Shown one piece after another: positions 48,005 to 61,001 of a stretch of 64,000 nt of DNA (position 1 is its first letter; every line of letters starts with the position of its first letter). The notes under the pieces are model-generated. The model was given only the letters and a program-made list of their open reading frames with translations. It was not told the origin of the DNA and searched no databases. Both the position numbers and the translations under genes were made by a program. Source of the stretch: Asterias rubens (lineage: Eukaryota); assembly GCF_902459465.1 (NCBI RefSeq), contig NC_047069.1, positions 17,236,001 to 17,300,000 on the forward strand, in the 5' to 3' direction.

Positions 48005-48747
48005 CCGGACACTTCGGCACCTTGCAAACTCGGCACCAGCAAACTCGGCACCCACAAACTCGGCACCCAGTTGGAAATTGAAATAAATCCCGATCCTCAT
48101 CGTGTGTATCGGCGGGTTCGACGTCGTACCGACGACGATACATACCTATTATAATAATTAATATGTATTTTCACTGTCGTGGTGAGGTTGCCCTTTTCAA
48201 AGATCTGTATCAAAATAATTAATATTTATTTTGTGTAAACTTTAAAAGACGTTTTGGAGTCGAAAATACGTAATTTCGATGTCCAAGTAATTTCGATGTT
48301 CAAGTATTTTTTGGGAACATTTATACGAAACTTTGATCCAATAAAACAATAATTCAAAATAAAGAGTACGTGTGTAAATACAGACTGTCGTGCACTGTGT
48401 TTTATTACAAGAACCCACTTTAAGATTTCACGATTCCACGAAACACCGGGTGAGCACGCTGAAGTGTCGCTGAATTATTTCAACGAAATTCAAACCAGTT
48501 TTTATGGTGTTAATACTACTCTTCGGTTGGTATTTGCTGTTGGTGCCGAGTTTGGTTAAGTGGACAAAGATAGGCCGGTGCCGAGTTTGTTTGGTGCCGA
48601 GTTTGTTGGACCAAAACAGGCTGGTGCCGAGTTTGTTTGGTGCCGACATTCTTGGTGCCGAGTGGGTGCCGAGTTTGCGAGGTGCCGAGTTTGCGAAGTG
48701 CCGAGTTTGCTGGTGCCGAGTTTGCAAAGTGCCGAAGTGTCACCCGG
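48005..48747. mobile_element. MITE with TIR GACACTTCGGCAC and subterminal AACTCGGCACC arrays
   Basis: Left ACTCGGCACC units mirror right GGTGCCGAGT units. Confidence 0.85.
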
Positions 48748-49321
48748 CTGTAGTGTAGTGTACAATGTATGTGCACTGCATTGCACTGCTGGTGGGGTGG
48801 GGTGAAGGGGGGGGAGTCTACTCATTGAAACAGAGGACTTTGAGAAAGTGAGGGCGTCCTCAGCTTGCTATACGATGCCTTCCCATGGCTGGGTGACATC
48901 AAGACTCTTGCTTGACAAGAGAAGAAAACGACCCCAACATTCAAAAAACCTTTTGTCAGTTTGTAGTTGCGATAATGTAACCCTCCTCTCCTTCGCTCAA
49001 ACTACTCAGTTTGTTGTGGGCCTGTTTTTATTTCAACACAATATCATTATCAAAAAGGACAATTCTCGATCAAAACTGTTTGTTAAGTGTAAAAGAAATT
49101 CCTTGATTATATTCAGGTGGAGTTTACAAGAGTAAATACACTAAGCAGGGACATAAATAATAACAAAAGAGGACAATTTGGGTCCAAGGTTCAGGGAAGG
49201 TCCTCAGTTGGAAAACGTGTACAAAACCATTGGGAGCTGTTGCAAAAAGTAATAAACAAAATTAAAGTGGGACAACGGGGGTCCACGGTTGTTGCAGGCT
49301 TTTAAAATACAAGCTTGTAGA

Positions 49322-50475
49322 ATCTTCTTCTTCTTCCTTATAAAGTGCAGCCTTCAAATGGTTGAAGATGTACGCACTGCGTGTGAGCGCATGTGTTGCC
49401 TTAGGCAACAGGAATTTGTGTCAGGTGCAGATAGAATTATGTACAGCCGGGGGTCCCTTAACGGCAGTTTGAAAGCGTCAAGGGACGGGTACGCCGCAGG
49501 ATCAACTGGGAGGTTGTTCCAGTCCCGGATGGTGCGTGGGAAGAAGGAGCTAGCGTAGACTGAAGAGCTGGTATGTGGGATTGTGAAACGAGAGCCATGA
49601 CCTCTTGTTGATGCGGTTGAGTGTGTGTGAAGAGTGTTCCAAGGGATGTCGACCAAGTTGAATCTTATTTTGTACATCATTTGAAGGCGGCTTTGGTAAC
49701 GACGTTCCTGAAGAGAGGGCCATTCGAGGTGATCTAGCATGGCAGTAACACTGCTGGTTCTTCTATAATCTCCCATGACGAATCAAGCTTAGCTTCGTTG
49801 GACTTGCTCTAGCTTCTTGATGTTACGTTGCGTGTGGGGATCCCATGAAGTTGTTGCGTATTCGACTGCTGGTCGAATAAAGGTGGTGTAGACAGCTTCT
49901 TTGATTTTCTGGCTGCTGTGGCTCAGATTGCGGGAGAAGAAGGCCTTGGTGCTAGTGGCTCTTTTTGAGATGTTGTCAACATGGGTGTTGAAGCTTAGCT
50001 TCGGATCAAGGTGAACTCCCAGGTATTTAGCGGAGTTGACAGCCTCCAAGGTATGCCCATGGATGGTGTAAGAGGCAGGGACAATGATCCGCTTGTTGGT
50101 GACTCTGACTACTTGGCACTGTCAGCCATTTAATTTCCCAGTCTTGGAGGGCGTTGATATCTTTCTGGAGGCTGATGGCATCGTTGATTGAAGAGATGTG
50201 TCTGTAAACAACAGTATCGTCTCCAAACAGGCTACAAGTAGTTGTTGAGCTTGAGAGGCAGTCAGGCAGGTCATTGATGTACACTAAGAAGAGTAGAGGG
50301 CCGAGTACACTGCCTTGAGGGACTCCAGATGTGACGCTGGTTTTGCTGCTCTTCTGGCCATCGACGAGAACACATTGACTGCGGGAGTGGAGGAAGTCTG
50401 TAATCCATTCCAGTGTCTTACCTCTTACACCGTAATGATGGATTTTCTTCAGCAGGTGCCGATGAGAATCTATGC
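49322..50475 (-). mobile_element. 5'-truncated, inactivated LINE (CR1/L2-group) RT fragment with (GAA)n tail
   Basis: GVPQGSVLGPLLFLVYINDLP, LFGDD, KYLGV, SSFFPRTIRDWNNLP across frameshifts and stops. Confidence 0.92.
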
Positions 50476-50900
50476 TCGTGTGTGCGTGTGTACTCTTTGG
50501 CTGCAATCTATTTCTGAAAATGGACATTAATTAAAAAATAAAAAATGAAGTGGCATGTATGATGTAGTTTGATTAGACCCCCCCACCCCCATCTCCCCCC
50601 CCACCCCCATCCCCCCCAAAAAGTGTTGGGATGTGAAACTCCGAAAACTATGTTTCTGGATTATGTGTAATAATTTCTAAATGAACTGTTTCCTCATCCC
50701 ACAGATAATGTAACTGCGATCATGAGACAGCAGCAAATTAAGTAATTGGTACGCTCACAAAAGCACAAGATCTTTTGGGGGGTCGACGCTGCTCAAGATT
50801 GTCACTCAGAGAAACTTCCACGTATGAAAGACTTGACATGATGCAATAGATACCACTGAGTCCACCAGTGTCCACACATGAGCCCTACTAATCCAGGAGT

Positions 50901-51000
50901 ATGAATGTGGTCAAAGTAAATAAAAAACCACTGGGGGTAGCACTCGTAATACTCATCGTGACGGTGGTGGGAATAAAGTACTTATTCAACAGTCAAGATG
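50901..51000 (+). CDS. LARGE: LARGE coding exon 1 (type II membrane anchor)
   Basis: MNVVKVNKKPLGVALVILIVTVVGIKYLFNSQD-G; G|GTAAGT donor, phase 1. Confidence 0.82.
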
Positions 51001-51479
51001 GTAAGTCTATACAGGGCTAGGGTTGTTTGTGAACATCAATAAGGCATACAGTACATACTTTGCACTTTACGCTTAAGTCTTGAAGCATCAAATAAGTTTT
51101 TCTCTGGTGTAGATGTATAAAGGGGCACGAGGAAAACGTGTATTTGTATTGAAACCTGGCAAAAGGGCACCACAGCAGAACCATGAGGACACCACTCTAA
51201 TTGCAGTGGGTGCCATGGGGGTAATCCCAGGCCTGGGCTAAGTTTCCTTAGCTTTAAAAGGGAACCAATTAAAGCTGTTTATCCCATTTAATCTTTCTCT
51301 AGGGATCCCAATCCAAACTGTTCACCCGGGGGAATTTATAAACTGTGGGGCACTCTGAAATATTGTAAAACGAGGTCCTCAGAAATTAATTTTTACTTGG
51401 TGTTTATCTTTGGTCTAAAGTCATACTGTTCAATTGAGGACATTCTAAATGATCTTCAAACGATTTTTATGAATCTGAA

Positions 51480-51778
51480 TTGAATCTGTGAAAATTTAGG
51501 CTCAATCGGTCATCAGAGTCGGGAGAAAATGACGGGAAAACCCACCCTTGTTTCCGCACGTTTCGCCGTGTCATGACATGTGTTTAAAATAAATCCGTAA
51601 TTCTCGATATCGAGAATTGATTATTGTTTTAATGTTTTCTCAAAAAGTAAAGCATTTCATGGAATAATATTTCAAGAAAAGTCTTTCACCATTACCTTCT
51701 GTAAACCCTGTAAAAGTTATTTGTTAATCTGTGAACTTTTTTTTCTTTCTGTTCCGTAAGTGTATACAATGGCTTTAA
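51480..51778. mobile_element. Family B Kolobok-like MITE, partial; full copies at 52932-53303 and 61833-62152; family A fragments at ~53515-53740 and 55807-55976
   Basis: Homology to 29151-29507. Confidence 0.8.
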
Positions 51779-53774
51779 TGTTTTGTTGTTTCGATTCTGA
51801 CTATGAGTACATTATAGCAGGCCTGGGATTACACAGAGGCCTTGGAGGCCGTGGCCTGCGGTGCCCCTGGTCTTGACCTTGGTGCCCCTTTAAAAGTGTC
51901 CCATGATAGACTTTCGGATTGTACATGTTGTACAGTGGCAAGTGCCCTTTGCAAAATCAAAATGGCCTTGCCCTTTCAAAGATGAAATTTCAGGCCTGAT
52001 AATAGGTTGGCTGAGTGGTTTCTTTCCCCGCTTTCACCTCTGTTGACCCAAGTTGGAATCTTACCTCAGACAGAGCCTTGCAAGTTGCATTTGGCCTACA
52101 TGTAGGTCTTAGTCCCTACCTTATTACATGGTGTTTCCTCGATCAAAGTTTTCCATCTAAAAAAAATTAAATAAATTATGGACACGTCTAATTCATCCTG
52201 TTATTTTTTGTGCAAAAATGTGCTGTTAGATGAAAACAAAATATACAAAACAAATTGAATTACTAAATTAACTGCAGGTTATGTATATAAATTGTCCGCA
52301 ATTTTAACCTGGCAAAATAAGATTGCATTGAGTTGGCAAAATATTGTGTCGTTTCAGTAGCCATTGATACAATTTGTGCAGCATTTTTATGTAGATGAAG
52401 TCATCAGTCTGACTTTTATATCTGGTTTCATTGGCAGTAATGTAAGTGACTCAGACTATTTCTGTTCCCCTGGACAGGATGCCAGTAATTGCAGGTTGCT
52501 CCCCCAGCTCATGCCTATACCCATTCGTAGTCCTGGGTGCAGAGAAGCAATCATGAAAAAGGAAGCAATGGTGCGCCTGACCAAATGTCGGGATTCAAAC
52601 CCACATTCTGTAATCTACCAAACTTGAATCTACTGCCCCAGTGTGCTCGGCCACTTTAATACACTCATGTTCAACGGGAAATCGCTCACTGCATCAGAAT
52701 AGTTACTTGTACTAAGAATTCATACATTTGTATTGTAGACAGTTACATCCATTACAGCCTGTGAATAACCTCTGGGGTTTTTCTTGAGAGCTAACATGCC
52801 CATGAATTTAAATTGATAGGTCTCCATATGATGCGAAGAAAATTACAATACATTAGGCCTATACCTACCATGCAAGTGGTACTACCTTAATGATTCTGCC
52901 TCATCAAACATGTACAGTCACACATTTTTTGTAAAGCCATTATACACTTTCGGTAAACAGTATTGTCCAAGTCCCACATTTCGTGTATCACAACTTATAT
53001 AAAATAACAAACCTATGAAAATTTAAGCTCAATCGATCATCGGAGTCGGGAGAAAATAACGGGAAAACCCACCCTTGTTTCCGCACGTTTCGCCATGTCA
53101 TGACATGTGTTTACAATAAATCCGTAATTCTTGCTATCAAGAATTGATATTGTTTTAATGTTTTCTCAAAAAGTAAAGCATTTCATGAAACAATATTTCA
53201 AGAGAAGTCTTTCACCATTACCTTCTGTAAACCCTGTAAATTATTTGTAAATCTGTGAATTAAAAAAAAAAAATTCTGTACCAAAAGTGTATAATGGCTT
53301 TAAGGGCTTGCTGCCAGAATGTCATGTTTTAAGCATCATGGTCAACGTGAGCTATGTGCACATTATCACTTTAGTTACAAATTACTGAATAATGTTTGGG
53401 GTGATCTATTTATCTAATACGTGTTTCAGATTTGTTATGTTTGCGAAACAGTAGGCAAAGTATCAAGTACATTGTATGAGAGCAATATATGTGACCATTT
53501 TACTGCATAATTTTAAAGGAACTGAACACTATTGGTAATTACTCAAAATAATTTTTAGCATAAAAAACTTACTGGGTAAAGCGCAATGGAAAGCTGTTGA
53601 TAGTACAGTGTATAATGTATGTATAACAAATTTTGAGAAATGGCTCCCTCTAAATTATGTAGTTTTTGAGACATGAGTATTTTTTCACTCAACTTATAAA
53701 CGACTCTTTGAAGCTTTTTTATTATGCATAGAACTGAATGCACACTCAACTAGAAAATCTGTTTGTGCAATCAG

Positions 53775-53886
53775 GGTACCATACAGAGGGAGAGACGGTG
53801 TATGATTTTAAGAAGCGAGAAACCATCATGGCCGACAAGCTCCTGGAGATTGAACGAGAGAACCAGATGCTCAAAAAACAACTCAG
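53775..53886 (+). CDS. LARGE: LARGE exon, coiled-coil stem
   Basis: KLLEIERENQMLKKQL; phase 1-2; alternative in-frame acceptor possible at 53754. Confidence 0.8.
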
Positions 53887-56004
53887 GTATTTGGAATATT
53901 TGAACATTAACCCTCTCACCATTTGACTTTTTTAATTTCATTCAAATGTGTTTATGATTTTTCGAAGCTGTCAGCCTAAAATTTGATATCATGCTGTCAT
54001 GTGGTGAATTCATCTATAGTACACACAGTCTGAGTAGCTAGTGTTCGACCTCAACGGTGGTCCGCTGGCCAATACCAGTGGAAACCGTGAAGGACCAGCT
54101 TGCAGACCAGTAAAAAAAATGGCTGACAGTAAAAAATATCGGCAGCGGTTCTACAGAACTATGACTATTTATTTACTATTAAGGTTCAGGGTAGACTACC
54201 CTTGCACAGTCTGACCATTAAATGTCATCCATTGTGATTCTGAAGGATACACTATGCCAGCCTGTGATATAATATAGTGAATGCATAGTACACAGTCAAC
54301 CCTCCTACTGTCCTACCATTCACTCTCATCCATTTTTTTTTTTTTTTTTTACTGATAAACGATGCCAGCGTCCATCTTCAGTTAGTACATTACACATCTT
54401 TGCCACAAACACAATAGCAGCCGATTTCACAATACGCTAGGATTAACCCTATCTCGAGTATAGGACGAGTACCTCATCCTAACTTAGGATTAATTTTAGG
54501 GTTTACATGTTACAGTGCAAGGCTGGGACTCGTCCTAAGTCCTAAGATTAATCCTAAGTTAGGAAGAGTTTGGTGAAATCGACGGCTGTGCAGTTAAATG
54601 GTGTCAAATTTTGTTCAACTCACTGGTACATGGTACCAAGTGACGTAGGGTAAAGAAAAACAATTTTGTTTCTAGATATTCAACTAAATTTTTATGAGCC
54701 ACTTTTACAATCAATCCTCTTATAAAAACTCCTGTCCTAAGAACATGAAGAATGGTCGAGGAGGATACACTTTTGATAATGGTTGCACCTTTAATGGAGA
54801 TTCAACATTAGGAGACATGTATGCTCAATGCTTACACAAGCTGGCATCAGGGTGTCAGGGAAAATAAAATGACACCATAGGGGAATTCTAAAGACCTGGG
54901 TGCTCCACATGGAATTTTGTGTACAAAGTCTATGGGGAAACTGTTAATTTCAGGGACAGAGGAAAGCACATAAAAATGCTCCACAAGGATGCATTTTTGA
55001 GAATGGTTGCACTTTTAATTGAGTTTTGACAATGCATGCTCATTGTTTACACTTGGCTGCCATCATGGCCCAATTTCATAAAGCTTGTAAGCACAAAAAC
55101 ATGCTAAAGCACTGGAAAATCTTGCTTAGCAAAAACAGGTTACCAGCCAATATTCAATACAGTTAGCACTGTTGCGAATGGTGCCCCACTCAATGTCTGC
55201 TTCGCATAGAAATGTGTCAAGCAGTATTTCCTGCTAAACAGCTTCATGAAATTGGAACCAGGAGGGAAGATTGTCCTAGTTATTGCAAACAGCTGGCCAG
55301 ACTTAATCTGAATACGGGGTCACATTGGGAATGTCTGCAATGATTGTTATAAATAGTCACAACAAGGTTATTGAATCTACATGTTGATGTTCACACACTG
55401 ATAACGCAGGATAATATCTATCTCTGAGTTACATGTTTGTTGTTCACATTGACCCAATTCACCGAAATAAAAACTTGGTTGCTCCATTTTGGGATTCACA
55501 TTTTCTCTATGGCTGTGAAGTGCACATTTTAAATAACAATAAATATTTAACCACAAGTGAAACTGACTGAGTAGACTGTCCATAACTTGGGTTGAACAAA
55601 GGCAATTTTACTAGAGCGGGATTTGAGCCTCCGGTTGAATGTGCTGGTGCTGTCTAATCCTTATTTGGCGATCTCCCTGGTTTGTCAATACTGTACCTTT
55701 GTTCTGGGTGTGGTGCCAGTCGGAAGCCATACATGTACAGCAGTGTAGCCAGGGATCACACCTAGATGTACTGTAAAACCTTGGGAGCGGCAGCCAGGGG
55801 ATAACCTTAAAGGCAGTGGACACTATTGGTAATTACTCAAAATAATTATTAGCATAAAACCTTTCTTGGTGACAAGTAATGGAGAGAGGTTGATGGTATA
55901 AAACATTGTGAGAAACGGCTCCCTCTGAAGTGCCATAGTTTTTGAGAAAGAAGTAATTTTCCACGAATTTGATTTTAAAAATATTTCTTCCCGCCACTTT
56001 CTAG

Positions 56005-56330
56005 CATATCACAAAGTCAACTCCAGCAGACCTACGAGACCTACCAAAACATTCATGTAGAAACTGGGAATGGTACCAGCTTCAACCACTCCACAGAGGG
56101 CAACAAGACCATATCAATAAGCTGTCCCAAGCAGCAACCCGCTGTCCCTAAATGTGAAGTCATCCACGTGGCTATCGTGTGTGCCGGTCACAACGCCAGT
56201 CGTGAGGTCGTCACGCTCATCAAATCAATTCTTTTCTATCGGAAGAATCCTCTACACTTTCATTTCCTGTCGGACGAGGTTGCCCAAGTCATTCTGGAGA
56301 CTTTGCTCAGAACATGGGATGTGCCGGGAG
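56005..56330 (+). CDS. LARGE: LARGE exon, start of GT8 xylosyltransferase domain
   Basis: [39 protein letters not shown]; phase 2-1. Confidence 0.96.
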
Positions 56331-56558
56331 GTAAGTTGACAATGACAGGTCTTTTTCTTCAGCTGCGCCGCACATCTGGAACTCTCTGCCACTTAATCTT
56401 AGATCTTGTCTTTGTACCACAACATTCAAATCTCGTCTCAAAACTTATCTTATGTCACAGGTTTTCAGGGACTAATTTTGTTGCGTCTGTTTTTCTTTGT
56501 TTTTTTTGTGTTTTTTTGTTTTGTTTTTACTAGGGTGTTTAAGTGCGCATTTCAAGTC

Positions 56559-56598
<40 letters not shown>

Positions 56599-57420
56599 CA
56601 ATTATGACTGACCTCTGAATGACTTCTGCTGAAATATATTTATTTCTGGTATTTATTATTATCAAGACATTGAAATTGAAACAACTGGCCCAAGGCCCAA
56701 ATCGTTTTAATGTACAAAGTTAAAAGAAAAAAAAATGCATTAAAATTCGACAAAGTTAAATTACAAAAATACCACAAACACGGCAAGAGCCAATGCAAGT
56801 CAAGTGGCTTTAGAAATACATAGCAAAGTCTGATACGGTTTATACTACCTGTAGCTACTGATAGCAAGCTCATTGGTCTGTCGGTAAGCAACTGCTTTAA
56901 AAGTGGTAAAGAGAGTGGGTTTGAATCCCACCCGAGTACTAAGCATGTTGACTTTTTTCACAGGATCCTGGAAAGTGCTTAGTATACAGTACTTCACACA
57001 CATTGGTGTCTGGGTAAAACACAAATAATGTTCTTTTTTTGACATTATTAAAAGAAACTCCAAGAAGTTTTGAATGAGTACAATGGGAGACTTTCTGGGA
57101 CGATAGAGGGCAGCAGACTTACCGGGTAAATCCATTGTTCTCAGAATTATGCGCATGTTCAGAACTACGTAAACAATGGAAATTTACCCGGTATGTCTGC
57201 TGCCACCTAGCGTTGGGAAGTCTCCTATTTGCGGGCAGTTTTCTTGACATGCATCATGTACTAGCGCCTGACAAACGCACTTAAAGTCCTTGAATGTTGG
57301 TAAACAAACTTGTGTGCAAAGCAGTCAGTTTTGTTTCGGCAAGCAGCATTTCTTTTTTAGCGTTTCCCTATCATGGGTGAGTGACAAGAGGTATCGACAC
57401 TGCCCATGGTAACAACAACT

Positions 57421-57640
57421 GGTAACACCATGTGAATACTCTTGAGTAATGGTGTTCTGAAAAGAACCGGTGGTTAAAGACTCAACGTTTCGATCAGTAT
57501 GCTCTGATCGTCTGCAGGAGAATGCTGGACTCGAGGATAGCTGATGACGATCAGAGCATACTGATCGAAACATTGAGTTGGTAACCATCTGTTCTTTTTA
57601 TAACCAACACTACTCAAAATAGATATTCTCATGGTGTTAC
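57421..57640. mobile_element. Penelope-like inverted pseudo-LTR relic with two hammerhead-like motifs
   Basis: GGTAACACCATG/CATGGTGTTACC arms; CTGA.GA-stem-GAAAC motifs on both strands. Confidence 0.6.
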
Positions 57641-57816
57641 CGCAAATCTCTCTAATTTATATTCCAAGGTTTCAAATCCAAGGTTTCATGCAAGGTTTCA
57701 AATCCTACTTTTAAAAGGCTCTGCTGGGAATCCTCTCTGCCAAGCTCTGTGTACTCTACATGTACCTCTTCATTTCTTTGAGGAGTAACTTCTTATTTTG
57801 TCTTATCTTCCTGTAG

Positions 57817-57851
57817 TTAAAGTCAGCTTCTATCTGGCAGAAGACTTCAAG
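57817..57851 (+). CDS. LARGE: LARGE exon (VKVSFYLAEDFK)
   Basis: Phase 1-0; matches LARGE VRVDFY.. Confidence 0.9.
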
Positions 57852-58271
57852 GTAAGCATTTTATATGTGTAAACGTGATGTACAATTCATTCATTCATTG
57901 GTGGTTTATTCTTTTAAAACAGAATCCCATGGCGACCAGAGGTCAAATTACAGAGATTAATAATTAGACAAAACTTCACTATTACAAATTTAAGACATAA
58001 TTGGTTAAGGAGAGGAAATAATTTATTTACAATTGTATAAAATAATTTTTTTTTCTTCAAGTTGTGACACAGTAACATGGATAAAAATATTTCAGGCACA
58101 GCCCGGTGAGATGCGAGATCAACTGTACATCCATACCACGTGACTGTCAGAATATTGAACGACGCTCAGCTGTAGATCTCTAGCGTAATTCACAAGCCTC
58201 AATATGGCTAGCATGAATGCTGTTCAATGAGGGCGCTATTCTTACTTTGTGTATTTTCTTCCCGTTGTCAG

Positions 58272-58367
58272 AGTGATGTATCATGGATTCCAAACAAACA
58301 TTACTCTGGACTGTTTGGTTTGATGAAGCTCCTCATTACCAAGATCCTTCCAGTGGACCTTGACAAG
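58272..58367 (+). CDS. LARGE: LARGE exon ([20 protein letters not shown])
   Basis: Conserved WIPNKHYSG motif; phase 0-0. Confidence 0.96.
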
Positions 58368-58920
58368 GTTAGTACACCAACATCATGAGCAAATCTACAG
58401 CGTGACTCATGTTACGTTAGTACACCAACATCATGAGCAAATCTACAGCGTGACTCATGTTACGTTAACCATGGGATAGACAAGGTTAGTACACCAACAT
58501 CATGAGCAAATCTACAGCGTGACTCATGTTACGTTAACCATGGGATAGCAATGTGACTCGCATTGCATTACTGTTATTGTTCTTCTTTTGTTTCTTTTTA
58601 TTTATTGTGTGGTTGGTTGTTAAGGTGATTAATTTCGTCCATTTGTCCTTTTATGTCATTGTTGATTTTTAGTATTTTTTTCCCGTTTTACCCACCTACT
58701 GCTAAGTCTTTTTGTGAGGGCTCTAAATGATCAGCTGTGCAAACTATACACTTACTAAACAGTTAGCTATGCTGTGTATTTGTCGTATAGTATTTATTGC
58801 TTGGCAACAGACAACTCAGGATAGAGTGAAATGGAGAACCGGTGAAGAGGCTTTCCTCCTGCAGTGGAGTGAAAAAGGCTAGAAAGAAAGAATGTATGAC
58901 TAGTTTGATTTCACTTTCAG

Positions 58921-59082
58921 ACCATTGTGCTGGATATCGATGTGACGTTTGCAACGGATATTGCCGAGCTATGGAGAATGTTTGTTAAGCTGACAGGCAA
59001 GAAGGCGATAGGCTTAGTAGAAAACCAGAGTGATTGGTACCTGGGTACGATATGGAAGAAGCATAAACCATGGCCTGCACTG
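58921..59082 (+). CDS. LARGE: LARGE exon with DXD motif (VLDID)
   Basis: [17 protein letters not shown]. Confidence 0.96.
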
Positions 59083-59954
59083 GTGAGTAATGGCTGTAGT
59101 AACGGTAGCCCAAACACATCAGGGCTGGATTTCACAACGAGTTAAGATTAGTGTATCTCGAGTAAGGAAGAGTTACTCGTCCTAACTTAGGACTACTCAT
59201 AGGTTTTGTATATCTCCTAGGACTAGTCCTAAGTGAGGACTAGTCCTAACTCTTTGTGAAATTGGCCCCAGGGCCTTTTTCACAGAGCTGCTTATAATGT
59301 AAGCAAGTTTTGTGCTTACTGTAGAAGACAAATTTGCTAAGTTGTAAATGTATTTTACAGGTAAGCAAGAAAATTTGGCGGCCATCTTGCGCGTTCACGT
59401 TGGATTTGTATTGTTACGTCATCAATTTTCGTGCAATTTTCATTAGCATGCCTTTTTGTGTGCTAACAGTGCGCTATGAAATGGAATTCGCGCAGTGAGC
59501 ACAAAATCGGACATTTAGCAACTCTATGAAATTGACCCTGATATAACTCTGAATGATGCCAGAGTCTAACCGTTTTGTGGAGTAGCAAATTTGCCCGGAC
59601 CATCTTCTGTCATGAAATTACCCAAAAACTTTACACATTGTTAAGGGATATTTTTTTCAATCTTTTAAAATAGCCGTCCAATCATGTTTCTAGACAAACG
59701 TTTTTTTATAGCCAAAGGTGCCTAATCCAAATAGTCACCATTCTAAATGGTGTTTAAAGCTGTGCATGGTGTGAGGAATAAGAAAACTCGAAACACACAT
59801 GTAGTAGACTTGCGGCTACAAACATTCTCCTGAAGATGATCAGAGTACACTGTGAAAAACATCGAGACTACACCGGCTCTTTACTCCCTCACAGAGATTT
59901 GACTCATGGTTGTACCCACAAGTCTACTATTTATAGTTATCCTTAGTCACCATT

Positions 59955-60121
59955 AGGGACTTTTCGTTTTCGACGACGGATGGTTCTGCGACGGCTTTGA
60001 GGACGGTCGTCCCTCAATTTCTACGACCGTACTTTGGATGAATCTTCGTTGTGCTGAAAACGACAACGTTTAGCTGAACAACCGTCGCAGAACCATCCGT
60101 CGTCGAAAACGAAAAGTCCCT
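59955..60121. mobile_element. Short palindromic MITE with ~43-bp perfect TIR
   Basis: AGGGACTTTTCGTTTTCGACGACGGATGGTTCTGCGACGG and its reverse complement. Confidence 0.85.
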
Positions 60122-60212
60122 AATGTGTGTAATCCAACACCAAAATATAAGATATTTATTGTGTCGACCATTCTTCAAAATGGCTGATTGTGTTCTTTGA
60201 CTGGTCTACTAG

Positions 60213-60344
60213 GGGCGTGGTTTCAATACTGGTGTGATGTTGTTTGACCTCAAGAAACTGAGGGAGCTGGGCTGGATGCAGATGTGGAGATTCACTGCTG
60301 AGAAGGAGCTCATGAGTCTTCTGTCTGTCTCGCTCGCTGATCAG
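60213..60344 (+). CDS. LARGE: LARGE exon ([13 protein letters not shown])
   Basis: GT8 motifs; phase 0-0. Confidence 0.96.
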
Positions 60345-60905
60345 GTGAGTCTCATTGTATTTGTATGTATGGTGGTTCGTTACAGTGTGAGGGCGCTCTC
60401 AATGTTTTTGTCACTTCCGGGGTATATGACTGTGACTCCGTATGCAGATTGTGTCTTCTTTCAATTGTGATCTTGACATACATGTATAATGTATGCATGA
60501 AAAACCACTAGCACCATACAGCAGCTCGGGGCTGTATATTTCTGCGCAGGGAGCTGAGAAAGATTAAAGGAATGTTATTGGCCCAATGACCAGGGCACTA
60601 ATGTAAATACATAGATTGATGTTATTAAATGCAATGTCTCTATATAGCATTTGCCTACCAGTGCAGTGTTTTTAAAAAAACAGAATAATAAACAATAATG
60701 GTGGTTTTTTCTGGTTTTTGAAGCACTTTGGGGTATTGGATCTACATGGGACAAAAGCATGTGTGTGCCTCAAAATGCCACAGTTGTGTGCCTCAAGATG
60801 CCATGGTTATGACATCATGAGGTATGGGTTGATTGTTTCTAGAAACAAGCTGATTGTAGGAGGGTTTTAATTGATTCAAACCATTTGTCTTTATTTTCCT
60901 GTCAG

Positions 60906-61001
60906 GATATCATTAATGCAGTGATTAAACAGCATCCTTATCTTGTGCACAACCTACCATGCGCATGGAATCTTCAACTCAGTGATCATACACGTAGCGA
61001 G
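60906..61001 (+). CDS. LARGE: LARGE exon ([23 protein letters not shown])
   Basis: Conserved; phase 0-0. Confidence 0.96.

Noticed and set aside
56560-56600. (TTA)n microsatellite giving a poly-Leu ORF; poly-G at 6596 giving a poly-Pro ORF
   Set aside because: Simple intronic repeats.
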